38,395 bases of DNA from a virus (Duplodnaviria; Caudoviricetes): positions 1-38,395 of IMG/VR virus record IMGVR_UViG_3300031801_000004. One strand, given 5' to 3'. The notes under the pieces were generated by a model. It was not told the origin of the DNA and made no database searches. It saw only the letters and a list, made by a program, of their open reading frames with translations. Below are positions 1-9,592 of this stretch, piece after piece. How positions within the stretch are numbered: the first letter of the stretch is position 1; each line of letters begins with the position of its first letter. Position numbers and translations under genes: made by a program.

Positions 1-4
1 TACG

Positions 5-766
5 ATGCTGGATAATACAGCTCCTCTGGGCGGACTGACTTTTATGCGTAGTCGGCGGCAAGCACTAGGGGATATCTTCCATACAGAGACGGCGATTAGA
101 TCAGGGGTCCTGAAAAAGAAGGAGTCACTTCTCCGTATTGAGCTGTTTCGTGAGAAGGCCAGATTGAAAAGAGAAGCAGACGCAAATGGACAGTCTACTG
201 TTTTTGAGTTAGAGGCTCGACTACTAGACACCAAAGCAATCAAGCTCGAATCAGAAATCTATGATGGAGACATCTATCTTGCAGGAGCAGTCAAGAAACT
301 GACCAAGCGATACGAGGACTTGCAAGGGTTAGAAACTAAGATCAGAGAGAAGCTTGGCAAAGGTCCGGATTACCAAGTCACCGAACAAGACGAAGAAGAG
401 GAAGAACCGGAGTTCCACATCATTCAAGCATTCTCCCAAGCATTGTGTGCTGCAAGGTCACGAGGCAATGTGGTTGACAACGGCAACTTCATTTACTTCC
501 AGAATCTCGGCATCCCATCCAATATGGCACAGTTGGACATTGAAGCATTCTTAGCAGAGAGTGAGCAAAAGCTAAGAGCTCATGGCCAGCTTGGACAGGA
601 AGTTGTTCCAAGCGCATTTAATGCATGGGAGTGTGTCTTTCTTCGTAATATGTACAAGAAATACAAAGACTGCCCGGCTGCGTTCGCGAAGCAACGGGGC
701 TTGTCGGCGGAGATGTCGAAACTGACGACTCTCGGATATGAGGAACGATCAAATGACGATGTTTAA
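5..766 (+). CDS. Hypothetical phage protein, coiled-coil rich; probably 5'-truncated
   Basis: 253-aa ORF, frame open to the window edge. No catalytic motif recognised. Confidence 0.6.
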   Translation: MLDNTAPLGGLTFMRSRRQALGDIFHTETAIRSGVLKKKESLLRIELFREKARLKREADANGQSTVFELEARLLDTKAIKLESEIYDGDIYLAGAVKKLTKRYEDLQGLETKIREKLGKGPDYQVTEQDEEEEEPEFHIIQAFSQALCAARSRGNVVDNGNFIYFQNLGIPSNMAQLDIEAFLAESEQKLRAHGQLGQEVVPSAFNAWECVFLRNMYKKYKDCPAAFAKQRGLSAEMSKLTTLGYEERSNDDV

Positions 767-1160
767 GTTTAAGTTGAAGCCAGGGCAACAAGCACCTCCT
801 GGAAATACCGGTAGGAGATTGAGTGACGGTTACATCATCTGCGACACACCATCTTGGCCTACCGGCAAGAAGGTCGTCCATCCAGGTCCGCCTGAAGTTA
901 GCTTCCAGTGGGAAGATGTCGAGCACGTCGAGATGACGGTTGCTGAGATTGCAGCTGATGATCCAGATGAGCGAATCAAAGCTGCTTCTCTATTGGAGAT
1001 CGACAGCAACGAACCCCTTCGGCGTATCCTGATTGGGATGGCGATAATCACACAAGAGAGGATGAAGAAGCTGAAGAGGAACGAGACGTTCCCGGACAGC
1101 ACAGTGGCAGAGTTGATTTCGGAAGTTAAGGGGTTGATTACAAGCGGAGTTGCTAAGTAA
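753..1160 (+). CDS. Hypothetical protein
   Basis: ORF overlaps the upstream stop; ATG at 753 or 759 (MTMFKFKLKPG). Coupled to the next gene by TAATG. Confidence 0.55.
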   Translation: MTMFKFKLKPGQQAPPGNTGRRLSDGYIICDTPSWPTGKKVVHPGPPEVSFQWEDVEHVEMTVAEIAADDPDERIKAASLLEIDSNEPLRRILIGMAIITQERMKKLKRNETFPDSTVAELISEVKGLITSGVAK

Positions 1161-1513
1161 TGATGACCTTTCTCCTGCAGGACCTGGACACGGTACTTCG
1201 TGATTTCCGCGGCGACGTCATCACCGATGGTGATCGTGAATTCACTCTCGGCGATGCCTTCTTGAAGATGCTCGGGCAGACTAAGAAAGACGGCAAGGAC
1301 GGTTTTGACCTCTACGACGTAGGACAACAAATCTTCCGATCGGAGGGTGCTCCGGTTCGCCTGCAGCAGCGCAGCTTCGAGTTGATGGAGGAGATTTGCA
1401 AGGATTCTCCGTTCACTATTCCAGTGTCCGTTCCAATGCTGCGGTGCCTGGAATTTGCCAGAAGCGAGGCGGAACGGATCGCCAAAGACGAGCCTGTCGC
1501 CGCTGAGGAATAA
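1160..1513 (+). CDS. Hypothetical protein
   Basis: 117-aa ORF, TAATG overlap with the upstream gene, GGAG upstream. Confidence 0.6.
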   Translation: MMTFLLQDLDTVLRDFRGDVITDGDREFTLGDAFLKMLGQTKKDGKDGFDLYDVGQQIFRSEGAPVRLQQRSFELMEEICKDSPFTIPVSVPMLRCLEFARSEAERIAKDEPVAAEE

Positions 1514-1519
1514 TCCCGC

Positions 1520-2524
1520 ATGCCAGTTTTAGACATCGGCGCTGTGACGTTCTCGGTTGACGGTTCGTCCGAAGTCGCAATCGGCGCGGAGCACTTCGAC
1601 GGCCGTGTGTCGCGGTTCGCGATCGGCAAGCCTAGTGACGCGGCGGCATCTGCTGCGGAGTTCGTGTCGTCGACATACAACTCTGGGTCTGGAATCGTCT
1701 ACGGCCAGGTGACAGCAACACAGATAACGAATTGGGGTCTAGCTACTTGGTCCAACCTGGGCGAGGCGTCCGGGACTGCTGCCGAGTCACACGCATCAAA
1801 AACCCTTGTTGATGTGAACACGGTCACCTCCGCGGATGGACCTGAGGCCGCGGCGCAAGGTCCTGCCGTAGACCTGGACCCGGTCATTCAGTTGTTGTCG
1901 AAAGAGGGTGGTGCGCTCGTATTCGCGCAGCCTACAACCGCAAAGCGGCCAATACAGAGAACTGGCGCAAACGGAATCAACAGCCAGCACGCCCTGCAGT
2001 TCAACGGGTCCAACAGCTTGCTCGTTTTGGGTTCCGCGCCGCTGCAAGGAGAGGCGTCGATTACTCTGTTTCTGCCATTCCAGACAGGCGCTTCGGCGTT
2101 TGCTGCTGATCAGGTAATCTTCTCGTCATCGGACGAGGCGACAGCGACCACATACTGGTGCGCCGCGATCGATTCTGCCGGCAAGTTCTACGTTGAGGTA
2201 AACAACGCTGGCACGGTCTATCGCGCCACCGGCGGAACGGTACTGAGCGTGTCGACGGATTACCTGGTGACGATTCGCGACACAGGGTCCGCGATCGAGA
2301 TCGAAATCGGCGGAATCTCGGAGACCATCGCCGAGACGGGGACCTACGAAGGAATCAGCAACTTGACGGGGCTCGACAACACGGTCATCGGAGCGCTCAA
2401 GCACACCAGCGAGGTTGACCACTTTGAAGGTTTGATTCCCGAGCAGATTTTGTTCAGTCCAAAAGTTAGCGCATCCGGCGAGGCGGCGACCGAACGATCC
2501 ACCAATTCGCGATACGGAACGTAG
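1520..2524 (+). CDS. LamG/concanavalin A-like domain protein (probable virion/tail protein)
   Basis: C-terminal half has a LamG-like pattern (ALQFNGSNSLL...QVIFSS...IGA...HFEGLIPEQILF). Ala/Gly/Ser/Thr-rich. Confidence 0.6.
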   Translation: MPVLDIGAVTFSVDGSSEVAIGAEHFDGRVSRFAIGKPSDAAASAAEFVSSTYNSGSGIVYGQVTATQITNWGLATWSNLGEASGTAAESHASKTLVDVNTVTSADGPEAAAQGPAVDLDPVIQLLSKEGGALVFAQPTTAKRPIQRTGANGINSQHALQFNGSNSLLVLGSAPLQGEASITLFLPFQTGASAFAADQVIFSSSDEATATTYWCAAIDSAGKFYVEVNNAGTVYRATGGTVLSVSTDYLVTIRDTGSAIEIEIGGISETIAETGTYEGISNLTGLDNTVIGALKHTSEVDHFEGLIPEQILFSPKVSASGEAATERSTNSRYGT

Positions 2525-2526
2525 AC

Positions 2527-2844
2527 ATGACTTGTGATCACAGAATGACGGCATCGGTCCCAGCAAACCAGCGGGACTCAGTGAATGCCGAGCTTCACAG
2601 GCTTCTTGACTGCGGTCCAGACACGTTCAGTATTCCGATGGAAAACAACAGTGGTCGCATTGTCCGATACGCCACCATCTGGCAAATGACGGCAACCGAA
2701 AAGGCCATATTCAAGCAGTCTATCCAAGCCGCTGGGAGAGGCGGTGACTTAAAGGAAGACGAATCGATCGCGAGTCACGGGAACCGGAATGGTCGTTTAG
2801 ATACCGTGCGCAACTTAGCCAAACGACGACAGCGACAGCTGTAA
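2527..2844 (+). CDS. Hypothetical protein
   Basis: 105-aa ORF starting 2 nt after the upstream stop. Confidence 0.5.
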   Translation: MTCDHRMTASVPANQRDSVNAELHRLLDCGPDTFSIPMENNSGRIVRYATIWQMTATEKAIFKQSIQAAGRGGDLKEDESIASHGNRNGRLDTVRNLAKRRQRQL

Positions 2845-2883
2845 TTTTCAACAAGCGGTGAACCACCCACAAGGAAATCAAGG

Positions 2884-3888
2884 ATGACCAGAAGCGAAGA
2901 CCTGTTCGCGGGCGTTACGCAATTCAACGACTACCACAACAGGTGGGCAGACCCGAAAGCCAACTCCCCGGAGAATCCAACACTGGAATACTGGGACCGG
3001 CTGGCCACAATGGTTCGCATGTTCGAATCGGGGGACCTGACATCAGATTGCCGAAAGCTGGCGATGTCGGTGTTTGAACTTGGCACCCAGTACCTCGCGC
3101 ACGACCAAACCGATAACATCGATCCGCCAGAGTCATTCTGGAGCGCACGACAAGAGCTTGAGAAGGCATTGACGGAGTTCGGCGCTCCAGGCATGAAACC
3201 CTACCGGGAAACCGTCAAGCAGCTTAAAGAACAGGAAGTCACGCTCGATCAGATCGGGAGAATGGTCGGCCTTCGGAATCCTGACGGAACCGGGAACCAG
3301 AGGCTCGTGCAGCAAGAGCTCGACAGTCCCGGGTCCGTTATAGGTCCCGACTTCGTGCACCCCGACGACGTTGAAGAGGATGCGGCGACGGAACTGGCGC
3401 GGCAGCTGTACGTGTCCCGGAGGAGCGCGTTCACCAAGGAAAAGGAAAACAATCCCACCGAATCGCCAGTGTGCCCGGAAACATCCCTGGAGCTGTGGTC
3501 TCTGAACGGGATGACTGTCAAACAGGCGGCAAAAATGCTCAAGCGGCCGGAATCCGATGTCGCCGCCGAGTGGGATCAGTTCGAAAAGGACGCCGCGGAT
3601 CCAGGAGGCACGTCTTCTCCATTCACTCCACTTACAGCCGAACCGCTCCCGGAAACGACAGAGTTGCCTGTCACGGCTCCTCTATCGTCCTCTGGCGCCG
3701 ATGGTGCCGATGATGACGGGGACGAGTTCTCAGAATGGACGTACGCCCAAGTCAAGGACCACGCCAAAGAGTGTGGGGTGGAATTCACCAAGAAGCCATC
3801 AAAGGCGTGGCTGTGCGAGCAGATTCGCGCCCACGAGACGTCCGATACTCCGCAGGAGCTGCCCCAGGAGGCGTCCGTCAATGCCTGA
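2884..3888 (+). CDS. Hypothetical protein (acidic; possible small C-terminal HeH/Rho-N-like helical domain)
   Basis: 334-aa ORF, AAGG RBS. C-terminal WTYAQVKDHAKECGV...SKAWLCEQI. Confidence 0.65.
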   Translation: MTRSEDLFAGVTQFNDYHNRWADPKANSPENPTLEYWDRLATMVRMFESGDLTSDCRKLAMSVFELGTQYLAHDQTDNIDPPESFWSARQELEKALTEFGAPGMKPYRETVKQLKEQEVTLDQIGRMVGLRNPDGTGNQRLVQQELDSPGSVIGPDFVHPDDVEEDAATELARQLYVSRRSAFTKEKENNPTESPVCPETSLELWSLNGMTVKQAAKMLKRPESDVAAEWDQFEKDAADPGGTSSPFTPLTAEPLPETTELPVTAPLSSSGADGADDDGDEFSEWTYAQVKDHAKECGVEFTKKPSKAWLCEQIRAHETSDTPQELPQEASVNA

Positions 3889-4168
3889 CACACAATACAG
3901 CCAAGAGCTGCAGGAAAAGATTTCCGCGCTCGTCAAGGAACACGAGCAGCAGCCCGAGGTGCCGCCGGCAGTAAGTGAACGTCCGCGGTTTATTTTCCAT
4001 CCAGATTTGCCACCCGTCGTCGGTGAAATGACCCAGGTCTACAACGGACTGTCCCCAATTCACAAGGGTGGAATGGTCCTGGAGAAGGTCGGGCGCGCCT
4101 GGAGAGTCCAAGTCGAGGGCTCCGTGCTTATCGTCCACGATCCAGAAGACTCATGGTGGGACCCGTAA
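3881..4168 (+). CDS. Hypothetical protein (95 aa)
   Basis: Internal ATG (MPDTQYSQ) of ORF 3557..4168, GGAGG upstream, overlaps the upstream stop. Confidence 0.55.
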   Translation: MPDTQYSQELQEKISALVKEHEQQPEVPPAVSERPRFIFHPDLPPVVGEMTQVYNGLSPIHKGGMVLEKVGRAWRVQVEGSVLIVHDPEDSWWDP

Positions 4169-4169
4169 G

Positions 4170-4904
4170 ATGAAAAAGAAGAGGAGACCACCGCCAGCAG
4201 CCAAGGACAGCGGTGCGCCAAAAAAGAAGGCCGCGCCCAAAAAGAAGGCCGCGACAAAGAAAACGTCCGCGCCAAAGAAGCGACGCAATTTCCACCGGGA
4301 AGAGCCGGACACCGAAGGCGAAAAACTCTTTACGGGATGCACTGATAAGCAGCGAATGTTTCTGCAGGTGATCTCGGTCACCGGTCAGCTCGCTAAGGCG
4401 AGGGACACGACTCAATGCGGGAAATGGAGTCATCACCGCTGGCTTCACCACGACGACAATTACCGTCGTCTGTACAAAATTGCCATGGCGATGGCGGCCG
4501 ACCACCTAGAGAGCGAAGCGACGCGGCGCGCCAAGGACGGCATATCGCGCCTCAAATTCTGGCAAGGTGCCCTGATTACTGTCCCGCTCCGAGACGACAC
4601 TGGAAGCCTTGTTTTCCAGAACGGCGAGGTGGTCATGGTGCCCTACGTCGAAACGGAATATTCAGACTCTCTAATGACCACGCTCCTGAAAGGGTGGAAA
4701 CCCAAGAGATACCGCGAGCGTCAGGACATTAAGATGAACCTGAACACGTCCGACCGGGTCGCCGGCAAAACGCCAGAGGAAGCGGTCGAGGCAACGAAAG
4801 AGCGACTGGTTAAGCTGTTCGAGACGCGGATGCGACAAAAGACTCCCATCGGCTCAAATGGAACCGGCAAGCCGCACGGGAACGGCAGCAATGGCAAAAA
4901 ATGA
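4170..4904 (+). CDS. terS: Terminase small subunit with Lys/Ala-rich N-terminal tail
   Basis: KQRMFL...HRW...DDNY...ADHLESEATRRAKDG...EYSDSLMTTLLKGWKPKRYRER is typical of TerS. Directly upstream of TerL with ATGA overlap. PKKKAA repeats at the N-terminus. Confidence 0.8.
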   Translation: MKKKRRPPPAAKDSGAPKKKAAPKKKAATKKTSAPKKRRNFHREEPDTEGEKLFTGCTDKQRMFLQVISVTGQLAKARDTTQCGKWSHHRWLHHDDNYRRLYKIAMAMAADHLESEATRRAKDGISRLKFWQGALITVPLRDDTGSLVFQNGEVVMVPYVETEYSDSLMTTLLKGWKPKRYRERQDIKMNLNTSDRVAGKTPEEAVEATKERLVKLFETRMRQKTPIGSNGTGKPHGNGSNGKK

Positions 4905-6412
4905 CGGCTACTATCGCGGAGATGGCGGAGGCTCTGGCCGACTGCCCGGAAGCGCAGGACCTGCTCGCCAAGCTTGAAGACAGCTTTTTCTACACCTTCC
5001 GTCCTCGGCCAGACAACCCCGCCAGGTACGACGAGCAACAGAGTTTTGTTGAAGACAGAATTCCTGGTGTGGCTGGGCTAATTGGTGGAAATGCGAGCGG
5101 CACCTCAGAATCCGCCGCGTATAAATTGTCGCAGTTCGTCCTGAACCGCCAGCTGCCTCCACGGCAAGACACTCCGTTCTGGATCGTCGGTCCCAAGATA
5201 GACCAGACGATCAAAACCTTCTGGAAGGAAAAACTCTTCGGCCACGGTCACATCCCGCACAGCGAAATCGACTGGAAGCGCATCAGGTGGCACTCGGAAA
5301 AGCAGGCGCTCCCGTTCTCCGTCCCCCTGCTACCGTGGCCTGAGTCTAAAGGCGGAGATCCTCACAGGAACTGGTGCATCGAATTCAGATCATTTGCTGA
5401 AGGCACGGCCGTAATGACCGCCGAGTCGATCGGTGGCTTCTGCTGCACCGAACCGTTCCCTCGCGAACTGCTCACGGAGATCATGCGAGCCACGCGAGAA
5501 TACAACTATCCCGGGTCCATGTTTTTCGAGCTCACACCGGTCGATCCAAGTTTGACGTATTGGATCGAAGAGATGATTGTCGACGACAAGGTGCCGGATA
5601 CCTGGAAATTCTACCGCTGCAACCTGGAGTGCAACGCAGAGGATCCGAATAGCGTTGTCGGAAAGAAGTGGGCTACCGATTTCCTGGAGTCGGTCAGCGA
5701 CGAGATGGTCGAGACGCGCAAGACCGGCGCTTTCGCGTCTTACGAAGGCCTGATTTACCAGTCGTTCAACCGCGCGATCCACGTTGTGGACGACATGGAA
5801 ATACCAACCACTGGAGTAATCCACAAACGGTCGATCGACTGGGGAGCGAGCGAGGAGCATCCGTTCGTTTGTGTTTTTGCATACAAGGACGCCGTCGGAG
5901 TCTGGAACGTGTACGGCGAATATCACTCCACCGATCAAACGATGCTTTGGGCGGACCACTGCGAAGTCATTAAGGGAATGTATCCCTGGATGAACAATCA
6001 CCCAACGTATCGCGAGACCTACGGTGACCCGTCGCGTCCAGACTTGTTTCGGGAGTTCTCCAACAACGGGATCCCCGTGACTCCAGCGAAGAACGACGTC
6101 GACCAGGGGATTGAGGCCGTTCGCAGATTCCTCAAGGTTCACCCACTGATTGGTCCAAAACTTCGGGTGGCCAGCTGGTGCAAGCAAGTCATCAAGGAGT
6201 TCTTCACCTACCGCTGGGAGCAGTCGTCGGGAAGGGGCATTAACCCACGGGTCGCGAAGCCGAAGCCACTCAAGAAATATGACGACGCGATGGACGCCTT
6301 GCGATACCTAATCTTCACCGACTATCGGTCGAACATTGGGGGCGCCTCAAGTCACCGTACCGAACAACGGCGACGTCCCCAGGTCCGACACAAGCGGCAT
6401 CACGATCGGTGA
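4901..6412 (+). CDS. terL: Terminase large subunit (Terminase_6-like ATPase + RNase H-like nuclease)
   Basis: Walker-A-like GGNASGTS, coupling motif LTP, GAF...GLIY linker, nuclease SIDWG and DDAMDALRY. Confidence 0.9.
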   Translation: MTATIAEMAEALADCPEAQDLLAKLEDSFFYTFRPRPDNPARYDEQQSFVEDRIPGVAGLIGGNASGTSESAAYKLSQFVLNRQLPPRQDTPFWIVGPKIDQTIKTFWKEKLFGHGHIPHSEIDWKRIRWHSEKQALPFSVPLLPWPESKGGDPHRNWCIEFRSFAEGTAVMTAESIGGFCCTEPFPRELLTEIMRATREYNYPGSMFFELTPVDPSLTYWIEEMIVDDKVPDTWKFYRCNLECNAEDPNSVVGKKWATDFLESVSDEMVETRKTGAFASYEGLIYQSFNRAIHVVDDMEIPTTGVIHKRSIDWGASEEHPFVCVFAYKDAVGVWNVYGEYHSTDQTMLWADHCEVIKGMYPWMNNHPTYRETYGDPSRPDLFREFSNNGIPVTPAKNDVDQGIEAVRRFLKVHPLIGPKLRVASWCKQVIKEFFTYRWEQSSGRGINPRVAKPKPLKKYDDAMDALRYLIFTDYRSNIGGASSHRTEQRRRPQVRHKRHHDR

Positions 6413-6936
6413 GTTGTTCCATTTACCATGTCCTGTTCGTCAGAGAGCCAGGATAAGCTTACCGCGTCAATGCCAGCGGATATCGCTTCAAGTGCCTTAA
6501 GCTCCTCCTCGTCTCCACTGATAGCAGCCCGCTTCACTCTTTCACTGTGCTCCTGCATCGCCGCAAGTAACACGACACCCAGCTTGTTAGTCGGAAGATG
6601 GCCATACTGGAACTCTGTCGGAACCTCACCGCTCTTCGCAAACGCGTACCTCCCGTCTTCCTGTCTCACCAAGATAACGTTTCGGGTGCCTTCGGCGTTA
6701 ACTCGCGGTGGTTCCTCGCCAAGCGGGACGTCGTCAAAACTTTCATGCTCTAGCAGCACGTCCACGCAGTCACGCAATGCGTTCACTGCGGTGGATATCA
6801 CCCGCGCCCCGTCTGGCGGTCCCTCAATGTGAGAGAATGCAATCCCGTGCGGCCACTCGTCCATTCTCTGGAAGTAAATGGCCAGGCATTGAAGGTTCAC
6901 CATGTAAATCCGTACGCGGCGATCTTTACGTTCCAT
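6400..6936 (-). CDS. Hypothetical protein
   Basis: 178-aa ORF with AAGGAG RBS; last gene of the minus-strand cassette. Confidence 0.65.
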   Translation of the reverse strand: MERKDRRVRIYMVNLQCLAIYFQRMDEWPHGIAFSHIEGPPDGARVISTAVNALRDCVDVLLEHESFDDVPLGEEPPRVNAEGTRNVILVRQEDGRYAFAKSGEVPTEFQYGHLPTNKLGVVLLAAMQEHSERVKRAAISGDEEELKALEAISAGIDAVSLSWLSDEQDMVNGTTHRS

Positions 6937-6948
6937 TGAAGTCTCCTT

Positions 6949-7809
6949 TTAGGAAAAAATTAGATTGCTGACCTGCGGTGCGTTACTGTTTTGGATTGAT
7001 ATTTGCATGTCCGAGTACGACTCGAATAAGAAGAGGTTTTCAAGGCGATTGTCTCCCATGTCACCATTGATGTGCCAAATCGGCTCATCAGACCATACCA
7101 AGGCGCGCCCGATAACAGACTCCACGATCACCCTGTGTTCAAGTCTGTATTTCTGTGCATCGTCACACCAGACATGAACACCTGACTCGTTTTGCCATGT
7201 GCCACCACGGTAAGACGGAGAGTGTTCCCCTACAGTCCACTGGTACTTACATGAGTTACTGCAGAACCTAGGAGGATTGTTGACAAACCTTAGACGCCGT
7301 TCAAAGCCACTTCCGCACTGCTCGCATTTGAACACGCACTTTTTAATTCGCGAGTCATTCGCGCACTTCGGAGAGCAGAAGGGTCGGGCAGAACCTTTTG
7401 TGAGGTATGCTTCAAACTCGCTCCCACACCAATTGCACTCGCTGACGACTTTTGTCCCGCGAACGGCCGCCCAACATACACGAGAGCAATACTTAGGCCA
7501 TACACCATGATCCGCTTTACCTTCAAATGACTTGCCGCAGTTAGCGCATTCCAGCGTCCTTCTCTCTGCTCGTCGAACCCCTCCCGAACATGCGAGGCTA
7601 CACCATTTAGCGGTTGCCACTCTCCCCCGACATCCTACACGAAACTCTTTTCCGCACTTTATGCACGTTGCCGTGAGGACGCCGTATGGATACCTGCAGG
7701 AATGCGAACAGTACCTGGGTGGCTTGGTGCGACCTTTGCGATTCCGCACAGTAACACCGCATGTTTCGCAACGTGAGTCTGTGGTGGATGATGTCACTTT
7801 GCTTATCAT
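6949..7809 (-). CDS. HNH endonuclease with ~5 tandem CxxC...YCSxxC zinc-ribbon repeats
   Basis: Repeated CxxCG..F.....(Y/F/W)CSxxC units. C-terminal EHR..E..IGR.L...HINGD..DNRLENL (HNH_3-like). ATG 7809 overlaps the cas12m-like stop (ATGA). Confidence 0.8.
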   Translation of the reverse strand: MISKVTSSTTDSRCETCGVTVRNRKGRTKPPRYCSHSCRYPYGVLTATCIKCGKEFRVGCRGRVATAKWCSLACSGGVRRAERRTLECANCGKSFEGKADHGVWPKYCSRVCWAAVRGTKVVSECNWCGSEFEAYLTKGSARPFCSPKCANDSRIKKCVFKCEQCGSGFERRLRFVNNPPRFCSNSCKYQWTVGEHSPSYRGGTWQNESGVHVWCDDAQKYRLEHRVIVESVIGRALVWSDEPIWHINGDMGDNRLENLFLFESYSDMQISIQNSNAPQVSNLIFS

Positions 7810-9521
7810 GTCAACACACACTCGTTCTTGTCGGATGCCCGCATTAAATTGATGCACGCGTTGCGGTCCTGGTCGAAGGTACTGCCACAGTTTACGCAGG
7901 TATGGATAAGCTCTTGCGGATTCACCTCGCCGCTGATCTTGTCGCACACATGGCACGTGCGGGTAATGTTTTTCGCGGACATCTCCTCCACGTCGGAAAA
8001 CGCATTCCGAAGCTTACCCTCAAGAATCGACGGTGACGCCATCCCTTTACGCGCTCTCGCGAGTTTCTTTTCGTCGCTCTCCTCAACCCGCGGCTTTTTC
8101 TGGAACACTCGCCAGTCGATCTTCCCAAGCACCAGGGTTTTGTATTTCCGGCGAAGGTCCCTGGCGAAGTTTCGGTATAGATCAAGTCGCCACGCCTGGT
8201 ACTTGCGGCGGTTGTTTTCCTGCCACTCGTAAAGGTGCTTGTCCTGCTTTCTCCACGATTCTACGGCGCAGAATATGGCCTCGTCGCCCCCAAAGCGTAA
8301 GTCGCGCCACAACAGAGACACTAACGCCAGTTTCGCCTGGGCTCGCCAGTGCGACAGATTATCCAGCCGGCTGCGGAGCCACTCGTAGCCGTCGGCCGAG
8401 GCGGCAGGAAGGCCGTTGCCTGGTTTGTGTTCCTTCATCCACCTCGACAGTTCCTTTTTCATGGTGTCGAAGTCCTTGTCGCGGGTCGACTTCAACGCGT
8501 CACACTTCGGTAAACGCCTGAGGTATGCCGGTGGGATGACCAGCTCGCCCTCCTCTCCGTCAGAGCCAAGCCAATAGGCTGTGCGCATCTCGCCGTCCTT
8601 GGTTCTCCACCCAAGATTCACAGCCACATTGCCTTCGGTCGCATCGTCGGTGCGCGGGAAGCCGTTGGCGGAAGACACGACAAACTGCACGGTCCAGTTC
8701 GTTTTCGTTGCCACGCGGCGAGCAATCAGATAGACCCATTTAATTTGCGACCCGGGGGGAATCTCCCGGTGCACCTCGGAGAGCACTGTTGCCCAGATTG
8801 GCCGTCGACCATCCGAACCAACCCGAATCCATATCCGATGCTTGCGCCCGTCCCGGCGACCGCCAGTCTTCCGCCCAGGTGTCTCGACGGGCTCGATCCT
8901 TATCCTGTTGTCCTCGCAACTCATGGACTGCTCTGGAGAGATGCCCTTTTGTAGCTGCACGGCAATTCGGCCGTCACCACGGAAACGCTTGAACCGAGGA
9001 GGGGCGCCGCTCTTCCGTTTCGACATCGCCTGCTCAACCGCCAGGTACGTTCCCCAGTACAGATTACAGTCCTTGCGTGCCTGAAGCATCAACTTCTTGT
9101 CGGACTCGTCTATCGCGATCTGACTGGATTTGAACTTGGGATTCTCGAACGTGGCCTGTCGCAGCTCTTTCCGGCGCGCACGCAGGACCTTGAGGTCTTT
9201 CCGGGCTTGCGTTAGCTCTTCTCGTAATTCCTTCGGCGCGGCCGATCTCTTGCGAGACGCTTGGCGGAACTTCTTCACTTTCACCTCAAGCTCGTCAAAT
9301 TCCAACTCCCTTGCTTCAATTGCTTCCTCGGTTTTCTTTAAGTCGGGACATACCTCACAGGTCAATTCGTCGACCTGCGCCCGACGCTTTAGCTCGATCT
9401 CAACTATCTGGTTGCGGTAGCGGTTCGCATACCGTAGCTGCCTCTGAAGTTCGACGAGATTAGTGTCAACTCGGCAACCGTACACCATGACTTTACTGGG
9501 CAGAGAGTCGTTTCCAAACAC
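7806..9521 (-). CDS. cas12m: Cas12m-like (type V-M, former V-U1) effector with inactivated RuvC
   Basis: 571 aa. Motifs I recognise from Cas12m, in order: QLRYANRYRNQIVEI, long coiled coil, LYWGTY, RFRGDGRIAVQLQ, VHREIP, VAVNLGWR (RuvC-I, D to N), WQENNRRK..RLDLYRNFA, TRTCHVC, CVNCGSTFDQDRNA. GGAG RBS before GTG 9521. Confidence 0.8.
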   Translation of the reverse strand: MFGNDSLPSKVMVYGCRVDTNLVELQRQLRYANRYRNQIVEIELKRRAQVDELTCEVCPDLKKTEEAIEARELEFDELEVKVKKFRQASRKRSAAPKELREELTQARKDLKVLRARRKELRQATFENPKFKSSQIAIDESDKKLMLQARKDCNLYWGTYLAVEQAMSKRKSGAPPRFKRFRGDGRIAVQLQKGISPEQSMSCEDNRIRIEPVETPGRKTGGRRDGRKHRIWIRVGSDGRRPIWATVLSEVHREIPPGSQIKWVYLIARRVATKTNWTVQFVVSSANGFPRTDDATEGNVAVNLGWRTKDGEMRTAYWLGSDGEEGELVIPPAYLRRLPKCDALKSTRDKDFDTMKKELSRWMKEHKPGNGLPAASADGYEWLRSRLDNLSHWRAQAKLALVSLLWRDLRFGGDEAIFCAVESWRKQDKHLYEWQENNRRKYQAWRLDLYRNFARDLRRKYKTLVLGKIDWRVFQKKPRVEESDEKKLARARKGMASPSILEGKLRNAFSDVEEMSAKNITRTCHVCDKISGEVNPQELIHTCVNCGSTFDQDRNACINLMRASDKNECVLT

Positions 9522-9592
9522 TGTATTTCTCCGTTAAAGCTAGATACACACCGCGTCCGCGATACGACGCCTCGCGGCAGGCAACACTATTC

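Noticed and set aside
7806-9521. IS200/IS605 TnpB transposon
   Set aside because: No tnpA or recognisable IS ends. The 3' end overlaps the next gene. Length and motifs fit Cas12m better.
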